A DNA stretch of 63,578 nucleotides, the filler included, from a bacterium (GTDB lineage: Bacteria; JBBIVP01), in NCBI GenBank assembly GCA_037439705.1. It is 3 parts of 3 records of this genome, joined end to end, with 100 filler letters (N's around TTAATTAATTAA, not from the genome) between each part and the next. Parts side by side here need not be neighbours in the genome. Positions count along the whole stretch, not along the records: positions 1 to 22,475 come from JBBIVP010000011.1; 2 more parts are not named here. One strand, 5' to 3'. A model generated the notes under the pieces. The model was not told the DNA's origin, ran no database searches, and saw only the letters and a list, made by a program, of their open reading frames with translations. Of this stretch, positions 1 to 9,638 are shown one piece after another (within the stretch, counting starts at the first letter, position 1; each line of letters opens with the position of its first letter). Made by a program: the position numbers and the translations under genes.

Positions 1-66
1 AAAATTCAAAAATAAACCAATTGCCAAAAATATCCCCTCCTTTTTAAGAGACCATAGAGGAAGGGA

Positions 67-1173
67 TTAACCCCTCAATGAGGAAAGGTTCCACTTAAGA
101 TACGCTGATATAAACTCGTCAATCATACCATCAAGAACGGGCTGTGGGTCATTTGTTTCATAACCCGTCCTGTGGTCTTTTACCATTTTGTAAGGATGAA
201 GAATAAATGACCTTATCTGATTTCCCCATTCAATATCTTTTTGCTGGGAATAGAATTTTTCCTTTTCTTTTTCCCTCTTTTTGAGTTCAAGTTCATAAAG
301 ACGGGCTTTAAGAATTTTCATTGCAAGTTCCCGGTTCCTGTGCTGAGACCTCTCATTCTGACATTGAACGGTTATTCCTGTTGGAAGATGGGTAATTCTC
401 ACTGCGGAAGCGGTTTTATTCACATGCTGACCTCCGTGACCTGATGCCCTGAATGTTTCAATTTTTAAATCATCCTCCTTTATCTCTATATGAACCTCCT
501 CGTCAGCCTCCGGATATACCGAAACAGAAGCAAATGAAGTATGTCTTCTTTTATTTGCATCAAATGGAGAAATTCTCACAAGCCTGTGAACCCCTGCTTC
601 TGATTTAAGAAGTCCGTATGCATAACTTCCTTCAACGGTTATCGTAACATTTTTGATTCCAGCCTCCTCCCCTTTCAAGATATCAACTATTTCCGTTTCA
701 AAATTCTTCCTTTCACACCATCTTAAATACATCCTCATAAGCATCTCAGCCCAGTCCTGAGCCTCTGTTCCGCCGGCTCCTGCATTTACCTCAAGAATAG
801 CATTTTTCGGGTCATTCTCGTCGGTCATAAACTTCTTTAGTTTAAAGGTTCCGAATCTCTCTTTAAGAAGATTGAATTTTTCTTCACATTCTTTGTAGAT
901 TTTTATATCCTTTTCCTCCTCTCCTATTTCTACCATCACCTCTATCTCCTCTATCTCCTCATTTATCTTCTCAAACTCTTTAATTTCTCTCTCAATTTCG
1001 GATTTTTCCTTTAACAATTTTTTTGTTTCTTCTCCCTTCCATTCAGTCACAGAGGTTAATTTATTTTCAATCTCCTCGAGTCTTGCCATTTTCTTTTCCA
1101 GTCCGTAAACAGACTTTAACTCCTCAAACTCTTTTTTAAGTTCTTTAAGTTCTGAAATTATCACATTAAACAT
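67..1173 (-). CDS. prfB: Peptide chain release factor 2
   Basis: GGQ motif (SGHGGQHVNKT), SPF anticodon motif (RISPFD), GAGGTEAQDWA; single uninterrupted ORF. Confidence 0.97.
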   Translation of the reverse strand: MFNVIISELKELKKEFEELKSVYGLEKKMARLEEIENKLTSVTEWKGEETKKLLKEKSEIEREIKEFEKINEEIEEIEVMVEIGEEEKDIKIYKECEEKFNLLKERFGTFKLKKFMTDENDPKNAILEVNAGAGGTEAQDWAEMLMRMYLRWCERKNFETEIVDILKGEEAGIKNVTITVEGSYAYGLLKSEAGVHRLVRISPFDANKRRHTSFASVSVYPEADEEVHIEIKEDDLKIETFRASGHGGQHVNKTASAVRITHLPTGITVQCQNERSQHRNRELAMKILKARLYELELKKREKEKEKFYSQQKDIEWGNQIRSFILHPYKMVKDHRTGYETNDPQPVLDGMIDEFISAYLKWNLSSLRG

Positions 1174-1198
1174 ATGTTAATTATATCACAAAAAATTT

Positions 1199-1834
1199 TC
1201 AGAAAAAATGCACTCCCAGCACCAGTTTTGAAAGAAGATTTGCGGGAAACCATATAATTGAGCTAAAAATGGAAACATTAAAAATCATCTCAAATATAAA
1301 AATTCCGAAAATGAAAAGTGGACCCAGGGAAGAAAATCTGATGTATTCAGCTCTTGAACGCGGTGGCAGAAAGTGGAGTAAAATTTTTGAACCGTCAAGG
1401 GGAGGAATTGGTATGAGGTTAAAAAAAGCAAGGGCTAAATTTATCTGCACAAAGAGAAAAAGTAAAAGAAATAGCAGGTTTTCAGAGAAATAAAAAATTT
1501 GGTTTCCTTTTCCGAAAAAAATCCTTATCAAAAATAGACACAGAATTCCAACTGAAAAATTTGAGGCAGGTCCTGCGAACGCAACAATCGCCATATCCCT
1601 CAGTGGATTTCTGAAATTGAATGGATTTACAGGAACAGGTTTAGCCCAACCAAACCTTGCTATGAAAAGCATTATTGTTCCTATCGGGTCAAGATGGCTT
1701 AAAGGATTCATCGTGAGCCTCCCGGAAATAAGGGGGGTTGAATCTCCAAGTTTATAAGCAGTAAGCCCGTGCATATACTCATGAATTGTAAGAGAAAATA
1801 GAATTACGGGAATGAGAAGAATGTAAATTTCCAT
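1199..1834 (-). CDS. Site-2 protease family (M50) membrane metalloprotease
   Basis: HEYMH and NLIPIPPLDG motifs; start moved to ATG 1834, just downstream of a TTGCAA-17-TATAAT promoter. Confidence 0.9.
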   Translation of the reverse strand: MEIYILLIPVILFSLTIHEYMHGLTAYKLGDSTPLISGRLTMNPLSHLDPIGTIMLFIARFGWAKPVPVNPFNFRNPLRDMAIVAFAGPASNFSVGILCLFLIRIFFGKGNQIFYFSENLLFLLLFLFVQINLALAFFNLIPIPPLDGSKILLHFLPPRSRAEYIRFSSLGPLFIFGIFIFEMIFNVSIFSSIIWFPANLLSKLVLGVHFF

Positions 1835-1889
1835 GATTTTTATTATAGGAAATTCCCTTCCCCTTTGCAATAAAAATAAATTTATCTGC

Positions 1890-2705
1890 CCTTTATTTTT
1901 TAAATATTTCTCCAAAAATCCGTAAATTTCCTGATAAAGGGATGGAAATTCTTTAAGAAAAATTTCAATTCTCCCATAAAGGATGTCTAAATATTCATGT
2001 ATTTCCTAACTCTGCAAGCCTGGAAAATTTTTCAGACCCCTCTTTGTCAAAGCCCATCACATATCCGAAATCTCTCAGAGTTTCTCTGTAGCTCTTTGGC
2101 ATCAGTCCGTTTTCTGAAGCAAGAATAATTTTTGAAATATCTAAAAGAGCATTTATGATGTTCTCTATCCATCTTTCAACAATCCTCCTTTTGTCCAAAT
2201 TTTTTGAATATTCATTGAGGGTTAAATTCTGAAACCTTCCAAATTCCTCCATCTGAGTTTTGAGATAATCCACCCTTCTTAGCAAAACTTCTCTATCTTC
2301 TTTGCTTAAAAATTTTGCTCTGTTTTTGAGTTTAAAAAAACTTTCTGCAAATTCCAGAAAATCTTTAGCTTCACCTGTCGCTTTCAAAAAAAATTTCCCA
2401 GTACAATTTTTTATCTTTAACCACCAAAGGGACCCCGCTTTTAAACACACTGGAAATTAAAGAAGGAGGAGCGATATTTAAACAGGTTAAATCAATCTCT
2501 CTTTCCCTGATAATTTCGGAAACTTCAGACCAGATTTCATCTTCAAGCCTTATTATTTCTCTTTCATCCTCCCTGAAAAATTCTGTGGCAAAATAAACTC
2601 CAATATCCAGATCCGATTCTTCCATCATTCTTCCCGTGGCAAAAAAGCCATTGAAACCTCTTTTCTTTTTAAAAAATAATTTTTCAGCAGTTCAATTTCT
2701 TCCAT
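1890..2705 (-). pseudogene. Fused nucleotidyltransferase (MntA-like)-HEPN/DUF86 (HepT-like) gene, disrupted
   Basis: Reconstructed MEEIELLKNYF..SMAFL/ATGRMMEESDLDIGVYF...YWEIF/LKATGE...ERWIENIINALLDI...AELGN/HEYLDILY; three frame breaks; 3' end approximate. Confidence 0.8.
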
Positions 2706-2788
2706 TTTTTCTACTTTAACTTTTCCATTTTTTTCATGAATGTTGATTTTTTTCTTGAATTATAAAAACTGAATGTTATTATTTCCAC

Positions 2789-3874
2789 ATGCATGAAGAA
2801 AAAAGGGCTTTAGTAACAGGGGCGTGTGGGTTCACGGGTGGACACATGATTGAACTTTTGGTAAAGGAGGGATGGGAAGTGGTAGCAACCGACCTGAAAA
2901 GGGAAGAACACAAACAATACTATTGTGAGGAAGGAACCCTTCATCCAGCATATTATGAAGACATAATTGAAAAATTAAAGGTTGAATTCATTCCAGCAGA
3001 CCTCACCAAAAAAGAAACACTCATTCCACTTTTTGAAGGAAAGCCTCCCTACGATGCCATTTTTCACATTGCATCACTTTATGACTACTTTGCGGAGTGG
3101 GATGTCCTTTATAAGGTAAATGTAATAGGTGTTAAAAACATTGCGGAACTGGCAATAGAATATAAGGCGAAGAGGTTTATTCACTGGTCAACAGAAGGGG
3201 TTTATGGAGAGGCGGAGGATAGTCCTATTGATGAAGACCATCCTTTTAATCCCCCAAACAATTACTCAAAATCAAAGGCAGAACAGGAAAGGGTTCTGTG
3301 GGCTCTTTATAAGGAAAAAGGACTTCCTTTAACTGTTCTGAGACCTGCTCCTATATATGGACCGAGACACAGGTACGGGGTATACCACATTTTATACGCA
3401 CTTAGAAGAATAGGAACAGGGGTTGTAATCTCATGGTATCCCAGGAAAAAAACGCTCATGTTTCCATCCGTCCATGTCACGGATCTCGTCAGGGCAGCCA
3501 TTTTCTGTGCGGAGCACGATGAAACCATTGGAAAGTCTTACAATGTCCTGAGTGATTGTATAACACAGACAGAAATGCTGGAGTTCCTTTATGACGCACT
3601 GGGTATAAAAAAAGTCGTTCGGATTCCAATATACTGGCCGATTTATAAATTCTTCTCCAAGATAGCGATGAGGATTATAACCTATCTTGATAGAAGGGCG
3701 AGAAAAAGAGGAATAAGACCAAAGGTGGATGTTCCAATGGCAGGATATATAACCCATCAATACTGGTTTTCCAATAAAAGACTTAAAGACCTCGGCTTTA
3801 AATATATCTATGAAGACCCGAGAAAAGGCTTGTGGGATTATATAACATGGTGTAAAGAAAGAGGATGGCTATGA
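2789..3874 (+). CDS. NAD-dependent epimerase/dehydratase (extended SDR, 3-beta-HSD-like)
   Basis: VTGACGFTG Rossmann motif, YSKSK catalytic motif, LRPAPIYGP. Confidence 0.9.
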   Translation: MHEEKRALVTGACGFTGGHMIELLVKEGWEVVATDLKREEHKQYYCEEGTLHPAYYEDIIEKLKVEFIPADLTKKETLIPLFEGKPPYDAIFHIASLYDYFAEWDVLYKVNVIGVKNIAELAIEYKAKRFIHWSTEGVYGEAEDSPIDEDHPFNPPNNYSKSKAEQERVLWALYKEKGLPLTVLRPAPIYGPRHRYGVYHILYALRRIGTGVVISWYPRKKTLMFPSVHVTDLVRAAIFCAEHDETIGKSYNVLSDCITQTEMLEFLYDALGIKKVVRIPIYWPIYKFFSKIAMRIITYLDRRARKRGIRPKVDVPMAGYITHQYWFSNKRLKDLGFKYIYEDPRKGLWDYITWCKERGWL

Positions 3875-4245
3875 AGGTAGGGCTTCTTGATGTTCCATTA
3901 TTAATAGTTATCGGTGGAATATGTGCTTATATATATGCAAAACACCTCATAAATAGAAACAGGGATTGGTATGTGTTTCTCATTCTTTTCTTTACCCTTC
4001 TTTTCTGGCTTAATATTCTCATTTCCAATCTTGTAGCTTCAAACCCGTGGTTTGGAATCTTCGGGGTGGCAAAAGTGCACCCCTTAATAGGCACATTTTA
4101 TGTACTTTCCTATCCCCTCTGGTTCTCATGGGGAGCGGAAAGGATATTTCAAATTTTTGGAAGAACTCCGGAGGAAGAAGGTATGCTCTGGCCCTTTACC
4201 CTCAGGGAAAGAGGAAAACCCTTCAAACCATCCTGGAAGTCCTAA
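3871..4245 (+). CDS. Small hypothetical membrane protein
   Basis: About three hydrophobic segments; ATGA overlap with the upstream SDR stop. Confidence 0.65.
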   Translation: MKVGLLDVPLLIVIGGICAYIYAKHLINRNRDWYVFLILFFTLLFWLNILISNLVASNPWFGIFGVAKVHPLIGTFYVLSYPLWFSWGAERIFQIFGRTPEEEGMLWPFTLRERGKPFKPSWKS

Positions 4246-4324
4246 AACTAATGCAATTGTCAATAATTTTTCTGTCTCTGAAAAAGGACACAAAATTATT
4301 CACCACTGCCCGCTTATCAATACA

Positions 4325-4402
4325 ACTCCGAAAAGAAGTTGCCAAAGGCGGATTTTGGTGAGCGACCGCAGGGAGCGAACCTTTTATGCTGTGTTGGACG
4401 CT
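4325..4402 (-). mobile_element. Truncated integron attC-like site
   Basis: Minus strand: GTCCAAC (RYYYAAC) shortly after a stop codon, followed by GC-rich internal hairpin GGTTCGCTCCCTGCGGTCGCTCACC and CCGCCTTTGGC; distal GTTRRRY arm missing. Confidence 0.45.
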
Positions 4403-4422
4403 GTTGGTCGCTTTTTATCATT

Positions 4423-4622
4423 TTAAGATTCTCCTGATAATTCTAAAGAAATTTTCTCTACAGTTTTTCTAACTTCCTCAATATTCTCTATTTTATCAAT
4501 TATTAGCTCAAGGTATTTTTCACTAAAAACGACAAAGCCATTTTTAAGTAGAATAAAATATTTGTAGAATGAATCTAATGCCTTCTGATATCCTCTTTCA
4601 AAAATTCCTACAAAAAAGCCCT
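4423..4622 (-). pseudogene. Start-less 3' fragment of an AT-rich gene (possible cassette remnant)
   Basis: Open frame GFFVGIFERGYQKALDSFYKYF...SLELSGES* with no start codon, ending just before the attC-like site. Confidence 0.4.
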
Positions 4623-4645
4623 ACTTTTTCAGAACCCTCTTCTCA

Positions 4646-5332
4646 TTAAATAACCCACCTCTCCATCATCTTGTATATCTCTATGTAAACCTCTTGAGGA
4701 AGGTCAACAAATTCAACTCCATAACCCTCCTCCTTCCCGAACTCCTTTGCCTTTTCGTCTTCAAGAAAATGAACAATCCTTATCTTAATTGAAACATTCT
4801 TTAGTTCACCAATCCTGAAAAATATCGCCTCAAATTCCTTTCCAACAGGCAAATCTCTTTTCGAAACAGCAATGTATGCTCCATGAATGTTTATATCTAA
4901 GGTTTTCCCTGGAACTATTGCTTTACCTATCCTGATGTTGACCTCTGTTTCGTATGGCATCCTTGGACATCTTCTCCTTCCGTGAATACCCTTTTCAATT
5001 TTTTTGAAATGCTTGATAATTGATTCAATAACTGACTTCTTTTCATCGTCCATATCGAGAAATTCCACACCAAATCCGGGCTCTCTTCTAATTTTCTTTG
5101 CCCTTTCTTCATCAATTATGTAAACAACCCTTCCCTTTATTTCTAAAGGATTCTGGATGAATGGAGGATAGAGTTTTATAAGAATATCAGAATTTATGGG
5201 TGGAAACAGATTCGTTTTTATAAAGAGACCACCCTTGCTTATATCTCTTGTATAGGCATCCACAAAAGTCGCTTCATTCTTATATCTCAGAGAAAATACT
5301 GCCTTATACCTTTTGTGGTTCCTCTTCTCTAT
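4646..5332 (-). CDS. Tandem PilZ-domain protein (TIGR02266-like)
   Basis: RNHKR...DISKGG and RRCPR...DINIHG motifs, two G(F/Y)GVEF ends; first RxxxR lies upstream of the tracked GTG, in frame from ATA 5332. Confidence 0.85.
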   Translation of the reverse strand: MEKRNHKRYKAVFSLRYKNEATFVDAYTRDISKGGLFIKTNLFPPINSDILIKLYPPFIQNPLEIKGRVVYIIDEERAKKIRREPGFGVEFLDMDDEKKSVIESIIKHFKKIEKGIHGRRRCPRMPYETEVNIRIGKAIVPGKTLDINIHGAYIAVSKRDLPVGKEFEAIFFRIGELKNVSIKIRIVHFLEDEKAKEFGKEEGYGVEFVDLPQEVYIEIYKMMERWVI

Positions 5333-5341
5333 TTTTACCTC

Positions 5342-5851
5342 CTATTTCTCAAATTCATAAATCAATTTTTTCAACTCCTCAATAAATTTTCTCCTCTTTT
5401 CCCTTTCATTTTCGAGTTCTTTTTCCATATCCCTAAGTTTTCTTTCAAGGTCTGCCTTTTCCCGGGTGAGATTTAACAATTCCTCCTGAATTCTCATAAA
5501 TTCTTCTTCAGTTATTGTAAAACCTATTATGTTCTGAACCCTCTCAAGAAGTTCTTCATCTGTAAATGGTTTTGAAAGAAAATTCATTGGTTTTTCTTTA
5601 ATCGGAACAGAAGAAAGCACAATTAGGGGAATACCTTTGAACTCAGAAGAATTTTTTAAGGTTTCAAAAAGTTTGAACCCCCCTGGAAGGTCAACAGATA
5701 AAAGGATAAGGGAAGGTTTTCCCTTAGCCTTTCTCTTTGCACCATCCACATCCTCAGCCACTTCAACCTCGTAGTTTGCCGATGAAAGAACTGCCTTCAT
5801 GAAAGCGGTATAATATGGGTCATTCTCTATAATAAGAATCCTCCTTTTCAC
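5342..5851 (-). CDS. Atypical receiver domain plus coiled coil (FrzS-like)
   Basis: RILIIEND, LILLSVDLP (Ser at phosphoacceptor Asp position), FLSKPF, C-terminal heptad-rich region. Confidence 0.8.
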   Translation of the reverse strand: MKRRILIIENDPYYTAFMKAVLSSANYEVEVAEDVDGAKRKAKGKPSLILLSVDLPGGFKLFETLKNSSEFKGIPLIVLSSVPIKEKPMNFLSKPFTDEELLERVQNIIGFTITEEEFMRIQEELLNLTREKADLERKLRDMEKELENEREKRRKFIEELKKLIYEFEK

Positions 5852-8220
5852 TTTTTCAAATATTCATTAAAAATTTTAACAGCAGAAACAGCATCCTCAC
5901 CATATATATCCGCTCCCATTTCTTGAGCAAGTTTTCTTGTAAGGACCGCACCACCAACTGCAACGGGAAGTTCAGGAAACTTCTCTTTTATTACCTGAAC
6001 GCTTTTCCTCATAAATGAAAGGGTAGTTGTCATGAGACAGGACAATGCGACAAAATCAGGAAATGTTCTCTCAATAGCACTGAGAATCTCCTCTGTCTTA
6101 ACATTCTTTCCAAGGTCTATGACTTCAAATCCATCAGATTCAAGAAGGGTTATCACTATGTTCTTACCTATGTCATGGATATCGCCTTCCACAGTGGCAA
6201 AAAGAACCCTCGCTTTCTTTTCCGTTTTCTTACCAAAATGCGGTTTGAGAACTTCAAACGCCTTCTTAGCGGTCTCCGCTGACCTCATCAGTTGTGGAAG
6301 AAATATCTCCCCTTTTTCAAAAAGAATTCCCAGTTCTTTCAAAGCGGGAACTATTGCCAGGTTATTCAGGTCAAGCGGAGAATATCCGTTTTTGAGGGCT
6401 TCATTCACATAGATTTCAATACCTTCAACCTCTCCTCTCATTATCGCATTTTTGATAAGCTCCAATCCATCCTTTGTCTCAACTACATTTTCCTTTTTGA
6501 ACCAGTTGATGGCATAATCAGGTTTCGTCCTTCCCACAAGCATCTCTGAGATTTTCAAGGTTTTCATAAGAATCTCGCTCATCGGATTCCCTATGACCAC
6601 ATCTATTCCATTTAAAATACACATTGAGAGGAATGATGAATTTATTATCTCTCTTTCAGGCATTCCGAAAGATATGTTGCTTAACCCTATAATAACAGGA
6701 ACCCTGAGTTCATTTTTTACCCTCTTTATGGTCTCCAGTGTAAGATTTCCCGCTTGTGTATCCGCTCCAATTGGAATAATTATAGGATCTATAAAGACTT
6801 CAACCCCGTACTCATTTGCAAATTTCATTATCTTTTTTGCCAGTTCAATCCTTCCATCTCCAGTATCAGGAATACCTTTCTCGTCCATCGTCAATCCAAC
6901 TACCGCCCCTCCATATTTTTTTGCCAGTGAAAAAACCACCCTCATTTTTTCTTCGTCTGCTGAGGTTGAATTGATAAGAGGCTTTCCATCCACTGCCTTT
7001 AATCCCTCCTCTATGGCGCTCGCTGAAGGAGAATCAATGGAGATGGGAACCTGAACGGAAAGGTTAACCTCCATAACAGCCCTTTTCATAAGTTCTTTTT
7101 CATCTGCTTCAGGAATTCCAACATTTACATCAATGATATCTGCACCATTACCAGCCTGCCCTATCGCATCTTCTCTAAGAATGGAAAATTTTCCGTTTTT
7201 CAACTCCTCCGTAAGTTTCTTCCTCCTTGATGGATTGATTCTTTCACCAATAACTCTGACCGGCTCCCCTTCTCCGACTGCCACGAAAGATGTCCTGGAA
7301 GCAAGAAAGACCTTCTTCGGGTCTTTTCTTTTTTTCAGCATGGGTTTTTTCCCTTTCAAAGTTTTTCTTAATTCCTCAATGTGTTCCGGACCCGTTCCAC
7401 AGCATCCGCCAAAAATTGCAACACCTATCTTTATCTTTTCATTTATCAATTTTGAAAAATCTTCGGGAACTGCAGGATATACCGTAATCCCATCCTGAAC
7501 CAATGGAATGCCTGCATTTGGCTGTGATATCAAAGGCTTGTCCGTATATGGAGAAATCCTCAAAAGTGCCTCATATATTCCATCCGGTCCGAGACCACAA
7601 TTGACTCCTATCACATCCACAGGCAAACTATCAAGAACTATTCCCGCAACTTCTGGAGTGGTGCCCAGCACAGTCTTCAATGACCTTTCAAAAGTCATCA
7701 TGGCTATTATTGGAATATCAGGAGATACCTCCCTTATTCCCACAATTGCTGCCTTTAATTCCCTAATATCTATGAAAGTCTCAAGAGAAAATAGGTCAGT
7801 TCCAGATTCTATCGCTATTTCTGCTATCTTTCTGAATGTAGAAACTGCATAATTAAAAGAAAGGTCTCCCACTGGTTCAATAAATTTTCCTGTTGGTCCT
7901 ATGGAAGTGGATATAAAACACTTCTCCCCGCCTGCATCTTTTGCAATTTTTACCCCCTCCGCAATGATTTCCTTAAGATATTTATCAAGGGAGTGCTCTT
8001 TCATTTTGAAGGGATTGGCTCCAAATGTATTTGTTACAATAATGTCCGCTCCAGCGGATACATATCCCCTGTGAATTTCATAAACCCATTCAGGATGTTT
8101 CAAATTAGCATATTCAGGAGGTTTATCCGGAGGAAGTCCCATTTTATATAATGAGGTTCCCATTGCTCCATCAAGAACAAGTATGGTTTTTTTAATCTCC
8201 TCTCTGAAATTCCTTTTCAT
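5848..8220 (-). CDS. metH: Cobalamin-dependent methionine synthase (Hcy, folate and B12 domains; no reactivation domain)
   Basis: LDGAMGT, GGCCGT, IGERINP, GDIHDIGKNIV. Confidence 0.93.
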   Translation of the reverse strand: MKRNFREEIKKTILVLDGAMGTSLYKMGLPPDKPPEYANLKHPEWVYEIHRGYVSAGADIIVTNTFGANPFKMKEHSLDKYLKEIIAEGVKIAKDAGGEKCFISTSIGPTGKFIEPVGDLSFNYAVSTFRKIAEIAIESGTDLFSLETFIDIRELKAAIVGIREVSPDIPIIAMMTFERSLKTVLGTTPEVAGIVLDSLPVDVIGVNCGLGPDGIYEALLRISPYTDKPLISQPNAGIPLVQDGITVYPAVPEDFSKLINEKIKIGVAIFGGCCGTGPEHIEELRKTLKGKKPMLKKRKDPKKVFLASRTSFVAVGEGEPVRVIGERINPSRRKKLTEELKNGKFSILREDAIGQAGNGADIIDVNVGIPEADEKELMKRAVMEVNLSVQVPISIDSPSASAIEEGLKAVDGKPLINSTSADEEKMRVVFSLAKKYGGAVVGLTMDEKGIPDTGDGRIELAKKIMKFANEYGVEVFIDPIIIPIGADTQAGNLTLETIKRVKNELRVPVIIGLSNISFGMPEREIINSSFLSMCILNGIDVVIGNPMSEILMKTLKISEMLVGRTKPDYAINWFKKENVVETKDGLELIKNAIMRGEVEGIEIYVNEALKNGYSPLDLNNLAIVPALKELGILFEKGEIFLPQLMRSAETAKKAFEVLKPHFGKKTEKKARVLFATVEGDIHDIGKNIVITLLESDGFEVIDLGKNVKTEEILSAIERTFPDFVALSCLMTTTLSFMRKSVQVIKEKFPELPVAVGGAVLTRKLAQEMGADIYGEDAVSAVKIFNEYLKK

Positions 8221-8744
8221 TTTTCAAATATCTGAAGGTCGGGATAGATTACTTCTTTTAAAGAAATGTGCCCTCCAAGAGTTTCAATTTCCGATGATGA
8301 AACGAGAAATTTCACGCCCTTTACCTCAGAGAAGGTAGCGGATAAAGAATTTACGATACCATAAATTGTTTCTAACTCACTCCTCGTTCCGAAGGGAATT
8401 TTTAAAACCTCTTCAGAAAAATTTATGTAAACAATTCCATCGGAAAAAATAACATCCTTTACCTCCAGTTCTTTCGGAAGCGGTGAAAAAAGTCCCTCAG
8501 GAGGAATTTTAAGGGCGTAAATGCACTCCTTTATCCTGTCCTCTACAAATTCAGAGCCTTTCAATTTTTTCTCTACTCTAACAAATCTTCCTTCAGGGTC
8601 AAGGAAAAAAAGGGTAGCGTCAAACTTTTCCTCTTCTCCCAAAAATTCAAATTTTTCCATATCCCTTTTCTTCTTCGGAAAAAGAAATAGTAATAGCAAA
8701 AAAATAACAACAGCCAATATAAAAAACAGAATTCCTCTTTTCAT
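8217..8744 (-). CDS. GerMN-domain membrane-anchored protein
   Basis: N-terminal TM; VYINFS, IYGIVNSL, ETLGGHISL. Confidence 0.85.
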   Translation of the reverse strand: MKRGILFFILAVVIFLLLLFLFPKKKRDMEKFEFLGEEEKFDATLFFLDPEGRFVRVEKKLKGSEFVEDRIKECIYALKIPPEGLFSPLPKELEVKDVIFSDGIVYINFSEEVLKIPFGTRSELETIYGIVNSLSATFSEVKGVKFLVSSSEIETLGGHISLKEVIYPDLQIFEK

Positions 8745-8840
8745 AGAAGATATTTTACCACCAAAAATTTTTAAAAAAAGAACTTTTTCTTGAAAAAACT
8801 AAAAGAATTAGTGAAATTTAACAAAAAAGGAGGTTTTGAT

Positions 8841-9638
8841 ATGGAATGGGGTATAAAAAACAGACTTTCGGGAATAATAAAACCAGAAACTGGAAGAACT
8901 CTTATGCTTGCTCTTGACCACGGATATTTTCTCGGTCCAACCACAAAACTGGAAGACCCGAAAAAAACCATAACTCCTCTTCTTCCTTATGCAGATGCTA
9001 TAATGCTTACAAGGGGAATATTAAGAAACTGCATATCTCCGGATACTCAAACAAAGATAGTTCTAAGGGTTTCAGGAGGAGCAAGCATTATAGGAAAAGA
9101 CCTTTCAAACGAAGAGATAACAACATCCATAAGGGATGCTATCAGACTCAATGCCTCCGCAGTTGCCCTTTCCATCTTTGTTGGCTCAGAATATGAACAT
9201 CAGACCCTTTTAAACCTTGCCCGACTTGTGGATGAAGCTCAAGAGTTTGGAATTCCTGTTCTCGCCGTGACCGCTGTTGGAAAGGAACTGGAAAAAAGGG
9301 ACGCAAGGTACCTCGCCCTTAGTTCAAGAATTGCAGCTGAACTTGGAGCTCATTTTGTAAAGACCTACTACTGCGAGGGATTTGAAAAGGTTGTTGAGGG
9401 GTGCCCTGTTCCTATTGTTATAGCAGGTGGACCAAAATTAAATACAGAAATGGAGGTCTTTGAACTCACATACAGAGCAATTCAGGAAGGAGCAGTTGGA
9501 GTGGATATGGGAAGAAACGTATGGCAATCAGACCATTCAGTTGCAATGATAAAGGCTATAAGGGCAATAATACATGAAAATAAAAATCCAAGAGAAGCCC
9601 TTGAGATTTTCAATGCAGAGGTAAAAAAGAAAGGTTGA
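8841..9638 (+). CDS. lsrF: LsrF-like class I aldolase/thiolase
   Basis: MEWGIKNRLS, ALDHGYFLGP, AAELGAHFVKTYY, DMGRNVWQ; AGGAGG SD upstream. Confidence 0.88.
   Translation: MEWGIKNRLSGIIKPETGRTLMLALDHGYFLGPTTKLEDPKKTITPLLPYADAIMLTRGILRNCISPDTQTKIVLRVSGGASIIGKDLSNEEITTSIRDAIRLNASAVALSIFVGSEYEHQTLLNLARLVDEAQEFGIPVLAVTAVGKELEKRDARYLALSSRIAAELGAHFVKTYYCEGFEKVVEGCPVPIVIAGGPKLNTEMEVFELTYRAIQEGAVGVDMGRNVWQSDHSVAMIKAIRAIIHENKNPREALEIFNAEVKKKG

Noticed and set aside
5848-8220. MetH lacking the SAM reactivation domain
   Set aside because: Known architecture (Thermotoga-type, separate activation protein)
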